NCBI GenBank assembly: GCA_964007735.1
Contig: CAXGAI010000036.1
Span: forward strand, 1-47,070
Length of the DNA: 47,070 nt
Reading direction: 5' to 3'
DNA from: an uncultured Rhodopirellula sp.
Lineage (GTDB): Bacteria > Planctomycetota > Planctomycetia > Pirellulales > Pirellulaceae
A program made the translations under genes and the position numbers. Under the pieces are notes generated by a model, which was not told the origin of the DNA, made no database searches, and saw only the letters and a list, made by a program, of their open reading frames with translations. Below, in pieces: positions 20,569-31,403 of this stretch (within the stretch, counting starts at the first letter, position 1; every line of letters starts with the position of its first letter).

Positions 20569-21390
20569 TTAACCTAACTCACGCGATCGCTTGGTCGCCG
20601 CTTCCACTGCCGCCATCATAGCGCCAGAAACGCCCCGTTCTTTCATCGCACGAAGCCCGGCAATCGTAGTTCCGCCAGGACTCGTTACCTGATCTTTCAA
20701 TGTCCCCGGATGAAGCCCGGTTTCCAGAACCATCTCGGCCGCTCCCTTCACTGTCTGAGCAGCCAGAGATGTGGCGACATCCCGTGGTAAGCCCATAGCA
20801 ACACCACCGTCACTAAGCGCTTCTATTATGTTGTAAATATATGCGGGACCCGAGCCACTTAATCCTGTGACCGCATCGAGATAGCTTTCAGCAAGTTGAT
20901 ATGCTATTCCGGTACTGTTAAGAAGTTCCCCTAAAACATCACAATCTTCTTGGGTTGCACCTTCAGCAGGACTATAAACGGCAGCTGACGTGCCAACAAG
21001 ACAGGGTGTATTTGGCATGACACGAATAATTCGAGTTGTTCCGAGAGCCTCTGAAATCGTGGACAGTGATACGCCCGCAGCAATCGAAACTACAAGCAAG
21101 CTATCATTAATGGCATCAGTAATTTGCGAGAGAACCAATGGCATGACCTGTGGCTTGACGGCTAAAAAGAGGATGTCCGATTCCGCAATCACGCTCTGAG
21201 GTGTCTCCTGCACCCTGGCTCCCTTAACTCGTTCGCAAAATCTTTGTTGAGAGCCTTCAGCAGGGTCAAACAAGGAGATAGCAGCCGGAGCAATCGACTC
21301 ATCAGCAGCAGCAAATCCCGCTGCCATTGCAGAAGCCATTTGGCCGGCACCAATAAATCCAATTCGTTTTGGCACAATTCGTCTCTTCAC
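20569..21390 (-). CDS. proC: Pyrroline-5-carboxylate reductase
   Basis: IGFIGAGQMA, LAVKPQ, SIAAG, RVMPNTP, GSGPAY, VTSPGGTT. Confidence 0.97.
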   Translation of the reverse strand: MKRRIVPKRIGFIGAGQMASAMAAGFAAADESIAPAAISLFDPAEGSQQRFCERVKGARVQETPQSVIAESDILFLAVKPQVMPLVLSQITDAINDSLLVVSIAAGVSLSTISEALGTTRIIRVMPNTPCLVGTSAAVYSPAEGATQEDCDVLGELLNSTGIAYQLAESYLDAVTGLSGSGPAYIYNIIEALSDGGVAMGLPRDVATSLAAQTVKGAAEMVLETGLHPGTLKDQVTSPGGTTIAGLRAMKERGVSGAMMAAVEAATKRSRELG

Positions 21391-21521
21391 TAATAGCTAG
21401 TTAATAAACACGATGCAAAAGCATTGTTCATTCATGCTAAGTCAAAACCAGCATTTGATAAATGCTTCGAAAGGCAAACACTGCAAGAAGAAACGTGGAA
21501 TCTGAACGGAATAAACGGTTA

Positions 21522-21989
21522 TTACCGAATACGCGGCCGATCGAGGAATTCAGAAACGCTGCGACTCGGGCCAATGGGCTTGCGTTGTTCCTGCATAAAC
21601 GATGGAAACCAAAAACGACTGGTGGTCGAATTTGACGCTGATCGCGTCTTTCGGGAGCCGGTTGGAGGTGGCGGTGGCAGGGGTACCGTTCTCGATTTGA
21701 AAGGATTAATGTAATCAACAGCCTTTCCCAAAGCATTCATATTGCGATTGTGGATTCGAGCGATATCCCGAGGGAATTCACGAACATCCGGAACTTTAAC
21801 CCAGTCTGGGACCAAATCGACCTCGGGCATCTTAATGGTTGCCCATTCAGGCCATTCAGGGGTTGGAAGAGCATTAAATGGATTCAGTCGCCCCCAGCCA
21901 TCGGCAGCCCCCGCTGTAGCCGGTGAAAAAACCAAGCAGGACGTAATTGCAGCAATAACGGCGAACGATGATTTTGAATGACTCTTCAT
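21522..21989 (-). CDS. Secreted proline-rich hypothetical protein
   Basis: Signal peptide (MKSHSKSSFAVIAAITSCLVFSPATAGA) and a PPPPP tract. Confidence 0.6.
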   Translation of the reverse strand: MKSHSKSSFAVIAAITSCLVFSPATAGAADGWGRLNPFNALPTPEWPEWATIKMPEVDLVPDWVKVPDVREFPRDIARIHNRNMNALGKAVDYINPFKSRTVPLPPPPPTGSRKTRSASNSTTSRFWFPSFMQEQRKPIGPSRSVSEFLDRPRIR

Positions 21990-22097
21990 GAATCGGTACA
22001 CAATAACTCAATGGCGAGCAGAAAATGACGTTGTTGAGCTGGAACTGTCGCAAAAACGGTGATTTATGTCCATACCGATAGCGACTAAAATAAAAGC

Positions 22098-24065
22098 ATG
22101 AATGACGGCTCCAATGATAATCGCCCCCCTAATAGCAACACACCGCTGCCAACCTCCCTCATCCTTGGTACAGCCGGGCATATTGATCATGGTAAAACCG
22201 CCCTTATCCAGGCCCTGACCGGAACCAATACTGACAGACTTCCTGAAGAAAAAAAGCGGGGGATCACGATCGAGCCGGGTTTTACTCAGCTTATTTTACC
22301 ACCCTTTAAATTAGGAATTGTCGATGTACCAGGTCACGAACGATTTGTGCGCAACATGCTTTCGGGAGCCACCGGTATGGATGTGGTCATGCTGGTGGTT
22401 GCAGCGGATGACTCTGTAAAGCCGCAAACGGTGGAACACCTCGACATTCTCAGGTACCTCGATGTGCGTATTGGCATTATTGCCATCACCAAGTGCGATC
22501 TGGTCGATTACGAACTGCTGGAATTGGTTGAAGAGGAAGTGCGTGAAGCCTGTCTAGGTACTTTCTTTGAAAATGCCCCTTGCATTCACACCAGTTCTGA
22601 AACCGGTGAGGGTATCGAGGAGCTGAAATCGGCTCTTTGCCAACAATGTCAATCCATTGGCAATGCTACGTTGCCGAACCCGCTCGACGCTCCGTTTAGG
22701 ATGGCGATCGACCGATGCTTTTCAGTTGAAGGACACGGAACAATCGTGACGGGGAGCGTTACAAGCGGCCAGTTACATGTTGATGAGCACGTCATGCTTC
22801 AACCAGGCGAACATGAGGTTCGGGTACGAAGCCTACAAAATCACGACAATTCCGTCAGCCGTGTCATACGAGGTGAACGCGCTGCAATTAATCTAGCAGG
22901 CATTCATCCAGACGAAATTCAAAAGGGAATGGAATTAGCGACCCCTGGTTTTCTGGCTCCCCACCAATTAGTAACCGTCCACATTACTGTCACTCCTAAT
23001 TCACGATTTCCACTCAAAAACCACATGCCTGTCCGATTACACCTAGGAACAGCCAATCACCCCGCCTCACTCAAATTGCTGGAACAGGATGAACTATTAC
23101 CGGGAGAGCAGGGCGTTGCACAAATCATATCCGACGCTCCCGTTGTATGCGGCTGGAACCAGCCATTCGTTCTTCGCATGGAATCGCCTGCTGTCACTAT
23201 TGCAGGGGGACGAATCCTTGACCCTTGTGCTCAAAAGATCGGTTTTCAAGACCAACAACAACTAGGATTTGTACGCGGCCTAATTTCCAGCAACGACGAC
23301 CAGACACGAATTGAATCTGCCATCGGAGTTCGAACGTTCGAGAAACCAACGCATACAGATCTTACACGCATGACAGGAATTGAAAAACCTGAGAACCACA
23401 TCAGGAAACTCATCCGGGATGGAAAGGTCCTTGAGGTCGAACTCAGCAATTCCACCTCACAACTTATCCATCTCCAAACTTTGAACTCAGCCAAATCGCA
23501 TGTCGAACGAATTCTCAACAAGTTACATGACGAAAATCCACTAAGCGTTAATTTTAACATCGCTCCGGTACGCGAACGCTTGCGATTTCTCGCGGTCGAT
23601 TCTGTGCTAAATCAAATTTTCTCACTCCTGCAAAAACAGGGGTTACTTCAGGTTTCTATGGGTCGCGTGGGGCTAAAATCGCGAGGCCCTAAACTCACCA
23701 AAAATGAAGCCCGGTTACTCGAGCATCTTCAAACAACACTTCAGCAGACCGGTCTTCAAGCACCGTTACTTAAGGAACTTCAGCAGCAAGCAGGGAAACA
23801 GGCTGAGGCCGTTTCACAATTATTAAAAATTGCTGAGTCGGGTGGAGCGATCACGAAAATTTCTGAGGAACTCTATCTATCCGTAAAAACAGTCGAGAAC
23901 GTTGAAAACAAATTAAAAGCTTTGATGACCGGAGAGACTGGAAAAACGATGGCAGAAATCCGAGATGCTCTCGGAACAACGCGTAAATACGCTGTCCCGC
24001 TGTGCGAATATTTGGATCGTACCGGTTTTACCGTTCGAAAAGACGACCTCCGATTCCTTGGCTAA
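22098..24065 (+). CDS. selB: Selenocysteine-specific elongation factor
   Basis: GTAGHIDHGKT, EKKRGITI, DVPGHERF, TKCD, and C-terminal winged-helix TTRKYAVPLCEYLD. Confidence 0.96.
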   Translation: MNDGSNDNRPPNSNTPLPTSLILGTAGHIDHGKTALIQALTGTNTDRLPEEKKRGITIEPGFTQLILPPFKLGIVDVPGHERFVRNMLSGATGMDVVMLVVAADDSVKPQTVEHLDILRYLDVRIGIIAITKCDLVDYELLELVEEEVREACLGTFFENAPCIHTSSETGEGIEELKSALCQQCQSIGNATLPNPLDAPFRMAIDRCFSVEGHGTIVTGSVTSGQLHVDEHVMLQPGEHEVRVRSLQNHDNSVSRVIRGERAAINLAGIHPDEIQKGMELATPGFLAPHQLVTVHITVTPNSRFPLKNHMPVRLHLGTANHPASLKLLEQDELLPGEQGVAQIISDAPVVCGWNQPFVLRMESPAVTIAGGRILDPCAQKIGFQDQQQLGFVRGLISSNDDQTRIESAIGVRTFEKPTHTDLTRMTGIEKPENHIRKLIRDGKVLEVELSNSTSQLIHLQTLNSAKSHVERILNKLHDENPLSVNFNIAPVRERLRFLAVDSVLNQIFSLLQKQGLLQVSMGRVGLKSRGPKLTKNEARLLEHLQTTLQQTGLQAPLLKELQQQAGKQAEAVSQLLKIAESGGAITKISEELYLSVKTVENVENKLKALMTGETGKTMAEIRDALGTTRKYAVPLCEYLDRTGFTVRKDDLRFLG

Positions 24066-24125
24066 CCAATCCCCTTGTCGTTCCTGCCTGTGGCATTGAT
24101 GATAGAGTTAATTATTGAAAATGCC

Positions 24126-25508
24126 ATGAACGATCTACTAAGAAACATACCGTCCGTCACCGAATTGCTTGATTCCCCAGCAATTAAAGACTTACTGATA
24201 TCGACACCTAATGGATTAGTCGTCGAAGCAACCCGTACTTCACTAGATGAATTACGCAGCGACATTCTTGCTCACAACGTAGACAATATCAATCAGGCCG
24301 AATTAATTCAAATAATCACCAGCAAGGTAAATCTCGCCTACAGTACTTCACTGCAAAGCTGTATTAATGCAACGGGCATCATTCTCCATACAGGACTTGG
24401 CCGCGCACCGCTGGCTGTCGAAGCAGTACAGGCAATGGCTGTAATAGGGCAGACATACTCTAGCGTAGAGATTGATTTGGATACCGGCAAACGTTCTCAG
24501 CGGGTCGCGGCGGTCGAACAAAAACTAACCCGACTCTTCGGTGGTGAGGCTGCCGCAGTGGTCAACAACAATGCCGGAGCCACGATGCTCACACTGGCAG
24601 CACTGTCGAGCGGTAAAGAAACCGTAGTTTCACGGGGTGAACTAGTGGAAATCGGTGGTAGCTTCAGAATGCCCGATGTTATGAAGATGAGCCAAGCAGT
24701 ACTTTGTGAAGTTGGAACCACCAACAAAACGCGGGCGGCTGATTACGAAGATGCCATCGGCGAAAATACAGCCATACTAATGAAAGTACATTCTAGCAAT
24801 TATCAGATTACCGGTTTTAGTCAGGCCGCCCCTATAGACGATCTTATCGAGGTGGCTTCGCGACACGAACATGTCTGTGTTGTCGATGACATTGGTTCCG
24901 GGGCGTTATATGACTATGCCGAATTTGGAATCAAAGACGAACCGCGTCCGGCTCAAAGTCTAAAAGCAGGCGTTGACGTCGTCTTGTTTAGTGGTGACAA
25001 ATTATTTGGTGGCCCTCAATGCGGAATCATCCTTGGTACGAAATCCGCAATCAGCAAAATCAGTAAACACCCCATGATGCGAGCTTTGCGACTGGACAAA
25101 ACTATCCTAGCGGCTCTTAACGCTACGCTTGATCTTTACCTATCACCTGATCCGACCAAAAGAGTGCCCGTGTTACAGTTAGTTAGCGAACCTATCGAAC
25201 GGCTCCAAACACGCGCCGTAGATTTGGCTCATAAATTAAATCAGCACCCTTATGTTATGGCAGAGGCGGCCGAAGACGTCACTTATCTTGGAGGCGGTAG
25301 CGTACCAAATCAGAAGATAAAAACCTGGGTAGTCTCAATACAGCACGAAAACCTATCGCATGACAGATTGTCCGAAGCATTGAGAACGGGCGTAAACCCG
25401 GTACTGGGACGAATCAAACAAGACATGTTCCGACTCGACTTACGCAGTGTTTTCACCTGCCAGGATAAACAAATAGCAACGGCCTTCGAAGCGCTCAATA
25501 ATAGTTGA
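24126..25508 (+). CDS. selA: L-seryl-tRNA(Sec) selenium transferase
   Basis: INATGIILHTGLGRAPL, VNNNAGA, SRGELVEIGGSFR, EVGTTNKT, FSGDKLFGGPQ (PLP Lys). Confidence 0.97.
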   Translation: MNDLLRNIPSVTELLDSPAIKDLLISTPNGLVVEATRTSLDELRSDILAHNVDNINQAELIQIITSKVNLAYSTSLQSCINATGIILHTGLGRAPLAVEAVQAMAVIGQTYSSVEIDLDTGKRSQRVAAVEQKLTRLFGGEAAAVVNNNAGATMLTLAALSSGKETVVSRGELVEIGGSFRMPDVMKMSQAVLCEVGTTNKTRAADYEDAIGENTAILMKVHSSNYQITGFSQAAPIDDLIEVASRHEHVCVVDDIGSGALYDYAEFGIKDEPRPAQSLKAGVDVVLFSGDKLFGGPQCGIILGTKSAISKISKHPMMRALRLDKTILAALNATLDLYLSPDPTKRVPVLQLVSEPIERLQTRAVDLAHKLNQHPYVMAEAAEDVTYLGGGSVPNQKIKTWVVSIQHENLSHDRLSEALRTGVNPVLGRIKQDMFRLDLRSVFTCQDKQIATAFEALNNS

Positions 25509-25608
25509 GCTATGGCATTTGACTCCCGCCAACCGTACTATAGAACAATGATGGAACGTCTAATCAACCTGGCGGACACTCCATGAAATCAGCTTAAAGG
25601 ACACACCT

Positions 25609-26433
25609 ATTATTTCAGTAAACCGAAAGAGCGGTATTTGGATTGGCGGATTGCTGCTGGCAATGACCTGCTGCTTCCCCTCCAAAGGAAGGGCTCAGGA
25701 GTGGTTGCGCGCACAGGATAGCCATGCCTGGGCTCGATTCCAGCCTGAAAGCTGGAAATCCGTCCGAGTATCTCACAGTTTGCTCGATTCAACCGGAAAG
25801 GTCACTTCGGAAGTGATCACGCTGACGACAACCGAATTGAACGAAGCCAGTCGCAATCAATATACGCTCAGCGTTGAATCAACCGTAAAAATTGGGGAAC
25901 AACGAGTCAATCAGTCCAAACAACGAATCAAACGAGATATCAATGCCAAAGGCGAAGGGTTCTCGGATGTTGTTAAGGCGGACACCATCAAAATTGGTGA
26001 CTACGAAATGCCTGTTGAAGTATTTACCGTAGAATACTCAACCAAAAAGGGTAAACGTGTAAGTAAAGTCTACATCTCAAGAGAAACGATGCCGAGCGTG
26101 CTCCGGCGGGAAACGGCATTCACTAATAAAAAAGGCGAAATCGAGTATAAAACCACCTCTAATGTAGTGGAGTACGGATTGACGAAAGAGGTTCTCGGCA
26201 AGCAAGTACAAGTCAGCCGCGTGGTTACCGTGCACGAACAAAATGGCACCAAGATTCGAACCGATGAGCTCTTTTGCGGTGATGTTCCCGGGGGAATCAT
26301 CGCTCAGGAAATTACACAAACCAACCTCGAGGATGTCGTAACGGCTAAAACCGTCCTCTCCTTGCTTGACTATGGAATTGGATCGTCTGCCACAATTCGC
26401 GGTAAAGACAAGGACGAATCTGACAAGCAGTAA
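25609..26433 (+). CDS. Secreted hypothetical protein; probable ATT start
   Basis: Open frame. AAGGA at 25597-25601 precedes ATT 25609, giving a complete signal peptide MISVNRKSGIWIGGLLLAMTCCFPSKGRA-Q. First canonical start is TTG 25651. Confidence 0.65.
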   Translation: MISVNRKSGIWIGGLLLAMTCCFPSKGRAQEWLRAQDSHAWARFQPESWKSVRVSHSLLDSTGKVTSEVITLTTTELNEASRNQYTLSVESTVKIGEQRVNQSKQRIKRDINAKGEGFSDVVKADTIKIGDYEMPVEVFTVEYSTKKGKRVSKVYISRETMPSVLRRETAFTNKKGEIEYKTTSNVVEYGLTKEVLGKQVQVSRVVTVHEQNGTKIRTDELFCGDVPGGIIAQEITQTNLEDVVTAKTVLSLLDYGIGSSATIRGKDKDESDKQ

Positions 26434-26627
26434 TAAATTTCTCGCAAATCTGAAGCTTGGCTAATGGAATCTAGTGCTATTTAGAGCATTTTTGCCTTCA
26501 TTACGTTGTCAAAAGAACTGAATGCGACCATAATTTGTCATCCCATTTTCGTAATGGAGGTACTCACAACCTAAATCTAACTCATTCAGTTTGTGACAAC
26601 GTCCAAGCAGCAGGATTCACTACCACG

Positions 26628-28100
26628 ATGGAAGATAAAATCAGATTAACGGGAATCACTTTTGATGATGTCCTATTGGAACCAGCCTATAGCGAGATAG
26701 TACCATCTGATGCCGACGTGCGGACTAAGCTCACCAATAACATCCAACTGAACATTCCTCTTATTAGCTCCCCAATGGATACGGTCACGGAGCATGCAAT
26801 GGCGATTGCTTTGGCCAAGATGGGGGGCATCGGTGTCATTCATAAAAACATGTCACTGGAAGATCAGACAGACGAAGTGAATAAAGTCAAACGTAGCGCC
26901 AATGGGATCATCATTGATCCCGTAACGCTACAACCGACAGCAAACGTTGGTATTGCTCGCCAATTAATGGAGCAACATAATGTTTCCGGTGTCCCTATTA
27001 CGGAAGCTAACCGCAAACTTGTGGGGATTCTGACGCGTCGAGACCTGCGGTTCCTTGAGGACACTTCTCAGGCGGTTTCTGAGGTCATGACCAAGGAAAA
27101 TCTGGTCACTGCCAAAGGCGCTGTCACATTAGAAGAAGCAGAGCAGATTTTAACTGCAAAAAAAGTGGAGAAACTTCTTCTTGTAGACGATTCCTTCAAA
27201 CTGACCGGACTAATTACGATCAAAGACATCGACATGATGAAACAGTTCCCGGACGCATGTAAAGACCATCTTGGTCGACTACGTGTTGGAGCTGCAATCG
27301 GGGTTTTTGGATTCGAACGAGCTGAAAGCCTGATCAAGAAAGGCGTCGACGTCTTAATTGTTGATAGTGCTCATGGCCATTCGAAGAATGTCGTTCAGAC
27401 GGTCAAAGAACTAAAGAAACAGTGGAATATCGATGTAGTAGCCGGAAACGTTGCGACAGAAGCTGGTGCTAAAGACCTAATCGCTGCCGGTGCAGATGCC
27501 GTCAAGGTTGGAATTGGCCCAGGTTCGATCTGTACGACTCGTGTCGTATCAGGTGTTGGTGTTCCTCAAGTAACCGCTATTTATGAGGCTGCGAAAGCAG
27601 CTAAAGATGCTAACATTCCGATTATTGCGGATGGTGGCATCAGGTTTTCTGGTGACATTGCCAAAGCAATTGCTGCCGGAGCAAATTCTGTCATGATTGG
27701 AGGACTTTTTGCAGGACTTTCTGAAAGTCCCGGACGATTAATCCTTTATCAAGGTCGTACCTTTAAAACCTATCGTGGCATGGGATCCATGGGAGCGATG
27801 GTCAAAGGTTCAAGTGAACGATACCGTCAGAGTGAAAACGGCAAACTTGTTCCCGAAGGTGTGGAAGGACGTGTTCCTTTCAAAGGCGATCTGGCAGATT
27901 TTGTCTACCAATTAGTCGGTGGACTGCGCGCAGGAATGGGATACTGCGGTACGTCTACCATAGATAGCCTGCGCGCTGATGCTCGGTTTATTCGAGTCAC
28001 AGCGGCCAGCATTCGGGAAAGCCATCCTCATGACATTGCAATTACCCACGAAGCTCCAAATTACAGTCCGGACCAATCGTCCGCTAATGACAACAGCTAG
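26628..28100 (+). CDS. guaB: IMP dehydrogenase
   Basis: [19 protein letters not shown] pair, [24 protein letters not shown]. Confidence 0.98.
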   Translation: MEDKIRLTGITFDDVLLEPAYSEIVPSDADVRTKLTNNIQLNIPLISSPMDTVTEHAMAIALAKMGGIGVIHKNMSLEDQTDEVNKVKRSANGIIIDPVTLQPTANVGIARQLMEQHNVSGVPITEANRKLVGILTRRDLRFLEDTSQAVSEVMTKENLVTAKGAVTLEEAEQILTAKKVEKLLLVDDSFKLTGLITIKDIDMMKQFPDACKDHLGRLRVGAAIGVFGFERAESLIKKGVDVLIVDSAHGHSKNVVQTVKELKKQWNIDVVAGNVATEAGAKDLIAAGADAVKVGIGPGSICTTRVVSGVGVPQVTAIYEAAKAAKDANIPIIADGGIRFSGDIAKAIAAGANSVMIGGLFAGLSESPGRLILYQGRTFKTYRGMGSMGAMVKGSSERYRQSENGKLVPEGVEGRVPFKGDLADFVYQLVGGLRAGMGYCGTSTIDSLRADARFIRVTAASIRESHPHDIAITHEAPNYSPDQSSANDNS

Positions 28101-29406
28101 TTTGCTGATGCCCTATGTGGGCGTCGTGCTTCTAATAATTGCAATGCAATCTCCGGCTTCTGCTGATTCTCCGATTCGCATCAAAACGACCCGAACCACC
28201 TCGGGAGCAGCCCGAAATCTTTCTACAACCCGTCTTCGAGTAACAACAACGATTACCCCGACCCGCATTTCGTCGATCAAAGAAGTTACCGCCAACAACG
28301 CACCATCCAAGATTCAGAAAATAACACTTCAGGACACTGGTAGTCAGACAACGGCTCCTCAAAAAGGAGAGGACAACGATAGTTTCCTTCCAATCACGGA
28401 AGTGGAGGTGGAACAGAATGCTCTTAAGCAACCCACCCCTCGCCCTAAAACAGCACCCGATACGCAAAATAACAAGCTGGTCATCGAAGTTCCTGTACCA
28501 ACTCAGCCATCGGAGACGAATGAGACTGCCCCATTACAGGTACAAGCCTCTGAAATCGAAGAAAACGCTCCTCCGGCGTTTCTGATTGGCCAAGACACGA
28601 CAGAGGAATCTCAAATCGATGATGCCCCTCAGAACGCCGACGAACCACCTGTACCCCAACTACCACAGCAAGGTGTTTTAGACCCCTTAGCTGGAGCAGG
28701 GGGCGCTGCAATACAAGTCGCACCGATGCTCGATCCGAAAAACTGCGGGACTCCCGATTGTGAAAAGGCGGCGACACTGATTAGTGCCAAGCCGCTCAGT
28801 GAAATTTCGCTGGATATCTCCCCGAGTTTCAAACCAAATCTAGATCAGAAACCTCCTAAGCTCCAGCAAGAAGTACGCCAGTGGAAAAATCGAAGTGGGC
28901 AGGTTTTGGCAGAAGGTCAACTCGCGAATTATGCCTACAGCAGCGTACATATCAAAGGTAGCAATGGTGAGTTGACTGCACTACCAATCATTGAATTAAG
29001 TATCGATGATGTTTGTTATATTGCCGATGCCTGGGGATTCCCTAAGCAATGTCGCATAGACAACAGTCCATATGAACAAAGAGCATGGGAATCGCTCGAC
29101 TTCCACTGGCGTGCCTCAGCGGTTGCACACAAACCCGTCTACTTTGAAGATGCTCAGCTAGAACGACATGGGCACACCCTTGGACCCTGGTTACAACCAA
29201 TGCGTTCCGGAGCTCACTTTTTCACTAACATTGCCATTCTACCTTATCACATGGGAATCCATCCGTGGAATGAATGTCAATACGCCCTTGGCTATCATAG
29301 ACCGGGGAGTATCGCTCCACGAGTAAAACCCGCGTTTCCAATCAGCAAGAGGGCTGCCTTGATTCAGGCAGGCTCAGTCCTAGGAGGAGCATTTATTATT
29401 CCTTAA
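28087..29406 (+). CDS. Secreted planctomycete-type hypothetical protein
   Basis: Signal peptide, low-complexity P/T/E linker, SHD1-like [14 protein letters not shown], and C-terminal [15 protein letters not shown]...LERHGH...ALGYHRPG. Confidence 0.7.
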   Translation: MTTASLLMPYVGVVLLIIAMQSPASADSPIRIKTTRTTSGAARNLSTTRLRVTTTITPTRISSIKEVTANNAPSKIQKITLQDTGSQTTAPQKGEDNDSFLPITEVEVEQNALKQPTPRPKTAPDTQNNKLVIEVPVPTQPSETNETAPLQVQASEIEENAPPAFLIGQDTTEESQIDDAPQNADEPPVPQLPQQGVLDPLAGAGGAAIQVAPMLDPKNCGTPDCEKAATLISAKPLSEISLDISPSFKPNLDQKPPKLQQEVRQWKNRSGQVLAEGQLANYAYSSVHIKGSNGELTALPIIELSIDDVCYIADAWGFPKQCRIDNSPYEQRAWESLDFHWRASAVAHKPVYFEDAQLERHGHTLGPWLQPMRSGAHFFTNIAILPYHMGIHPWNECQYALGYHRPGSIAPRVKPAFPISKRAALIQAGSVLGGAFIIP

Positions 29407-29508
29407 AAGTCCCTAGCAAAATAAGACCTCGCGTTCCAGCGAAAAAATCATCAGGGTTTGCTCAACGGGTCAATAACAGCTTTGATGAAGCGACTGGGAG
29501 CGATTGGC

Positions 29509-29541
29509 TGAGGCGTTACGATTATAAATCGTAACGCCTCA
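29509..29541. terminator. Perfect 15-bp hairpin, probable terminator
   Basis: TGAGGCGTTACGATT-ata-AATCGTAACGCCTCA followed by a pyrimidine run. Confidence 0.7.
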
Positions 29542-29611
29542 CTTCCTTTATGGCGGATAGAATTGCCTTCGCTACTAACCAACTCAACCATGCAACTTCA
29601 AGGAACTGGAT

Positions 29612-30301
29612 ATGACCGCTTTTGATCGCCAGCAAAGTCGCCAAATCGACCTTCTGGCCACTGAACAATTTGGAATTAGCGGGCTAATACTAATGGAAAA
29701 TGCGGGGCGGGCTTGCAGCGATGTACTGGAAGCTCAAAATTTCGATTGCGTTATCCTTCTTTGCGGGAAAGGCCATAATGCCGGTGATGGCTTTGTAATT
29801 GCCCGTCAATTGATCACTCGCGAAATACCTGTCACCATCATCCTACTGGTTGAACCATCTGCGTTGACAGGAGACGCCAAAGTCAATTTCGATATCCTCA
29901 CAAAACTCCTCTCGGCCAATGCTTTAGAGAAGGAAAACTCTTCTTCAATCCTGTTTGCTGATACCACAAATATTTCTGGCATGCTCGATAGACTGCAGGT
30001 TTCGGAGAGAACCGCCATCGTGGACTGCCTGACCGGAACAGGTGGACACGGCACCCCTCGAACGCCCTTTGATCTGGGAATCATCTGGGCGAACAAGCAA
30101 CTCGGCAGTCGGATCGCTATCGATATTCCCTCCGGACTAGACTGTAACACCGGCGACGCTTCTACACCAACCTTTCTGGCTGACCAGACTTTGACAATGG
30201 TCGCGACCAAGATTGGTTTTACCAAGGAAATGGCCAAACGCTATACAGGGAATGTGATCGTGCTTGATATTGGCATACCGCTGGCGGCCATCCAGCAATA
30301 A
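29612..30301 (+). CDS. nnrE: NAD(P)H-hydrate epimerase (stand-alone YjeF_N)
   Basis: LMENAG, CGKGHNAGDG, VDCLTGTG, AIDIPSG, ADQTLT, DIGIP. Confidence 0.9.
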   Translation: MTAFDRQQSRQIDLLATEQFGISGLILMENAGRACSDVLEAQNFDCVILLCGKGHNAGDGFVIARQLITREIPVTIILLVEPSALTGDAKVNFDILTKLLSANALEKENSSSILFADTTNISGMLDRLQVSERTAIVDCLTGTGGHGTPRTPFDLGIIWANKQLGSRIAIDIPSGLDCNTGDASTPTFLADQTLTMVATKIGFTKEMAKRYTGNVIVLDIGIPLAAIQQ

Positions 30302-30307
30302 CCTTCA

Positions 30308-31240
30308 CTATTCAGAGGAGGGTATCGGCGGATCAAAATCGAATTCACGCCATTTCATGGCACGTCGCATAGGTTCAATACGAAGCACCACTTCGCCATC
30401 CTGGAACAAACGCACCGTACCGTTCGACTCACTAACAACGACTGAAATCGCTTTCGTGACTTTTGAAATTGAAGCAGCCGCCCAGTGTCTGGCCCCCAAC
30501 CCTTTTGATAACGTTAAACTTGTCGCATTGACCTGAATGATCTGACAAGATCGTTCAATAACGCCATCACTGCTAATAATCATTGCCCCGTCAAGCAAAG
30601 CGATTTCTTTAACCGCATCGCGTGTGCGGGCATCTTTAAGATTACGTTCGTCTTTCTTATAACCACGAACCGGATCAAACCCTGCCGGTTTGCAATGCTC
30701 TAGTACATTACGAGCGTCTCCAACAACAAACAAAGTACCAACCGGCTTTCCTTCGCGCCCTTCGAATCCTATTTCCACGGCCAGATCGACTACGGATTTC
30801 AATGTCTCGAGTGGTACGCGTGTCTCAAGCTTTCTCAGATCTTTGGCCGTCAATCTTCCCAGATGCTCATCCAATCGAATTAGCGAGATACTATCATGCA
30901 TATCACTATGAAAACCGGAGTATACGGCGACGACCTGAGATCCCGCTTCTAAAATATCGTTCGCCACGCAATCTAATAATGCGGTTTCCATCAATTCCTG
31001 CACTGGAATCTCATCTGCCTCGAGAAGCACCGGCGTAAGACCATGTTCTTCAGCACCCTCTAGATATTCGGCCTCCTGGGCAACACACAAGATTAGATGA
31101 TGACGCCCCGCTTTTCTCAGGGCAGCCCAATCTGCCGTGGAATCTAACACCAGCAACAGCGCATCAGCGGCGGTCGCCTGACGCAACTTGGCTGCCTGTT
31201 TATAAAGTGTTGCGAATGGTTCTCGAAACTTGCTAGGCAC
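30308..31240 (-). CDS. Diadenylate cyclase (DisA_N/DAC domain), DacZ/CdaZ-like architecture
   Basis: EGREGKPVGTLFVVGD, KEIALLDGAMII, GLGARHWAAASIS, VVVSESNG. No TM segment. Confidence 0.85.
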   Translation of the reverse strand: MPSKFREPFATLYKQAAKLRQATAADALLLVLDSTADWAALRKAGRHHLILCVAQEAEYLEGAEEHGLTPVLLEADEIPVQELMETALLDCVANDILEAGSQVVAVYSGFHSDMHDSISLIRLDEHLGRLTAKDLRKLETRVPLETLKSVVDLAVEIGFEGREGKPVGTLFVVGDARNVLEHCKPAGFDPVRGYKKDERNLKDARTRDAVKEIALLDGAMIISSDGVIERSCQIIQVNATSLTLSKGLGARHWAAASISKVTKAISVVVSESNGTVRLFQDGEVVLRIEPMRRAMKWREFDFDPPIPSSE

Positions 31241-31403
31241 GGTATTCCGTAATATCTAACTGATGATGACGGGGAAGGCTTTCCCCATCAGGGTAGGCTA
31301 AAACTGCTGAAAATAATAACAGAGTCTGAATAGTACGGACTAAAAGTTTTTTCAGCAATGGCAGTTAAACCAGAATTTGCCATCGGTTCTACGGATCACG
31401 CAA

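Noticed and set aside
27979..28086. Long 5' overlap of the 475-aa ORF with guaB
   Set aside because: ATG 28087 gives a proper signal peptide with only a short overlap.
16876..29435. Shared 11-mer GACCTCGCGTT in two intergenic regions
   Set aside because: A match of this length is expected by chance and the flanks are unrelated.
29445..29460. CTGATGA on the minus strand (hammerhead core)
   Set aside because: No stem II followed by GAAA, and no matching cleavage-site arrangement.
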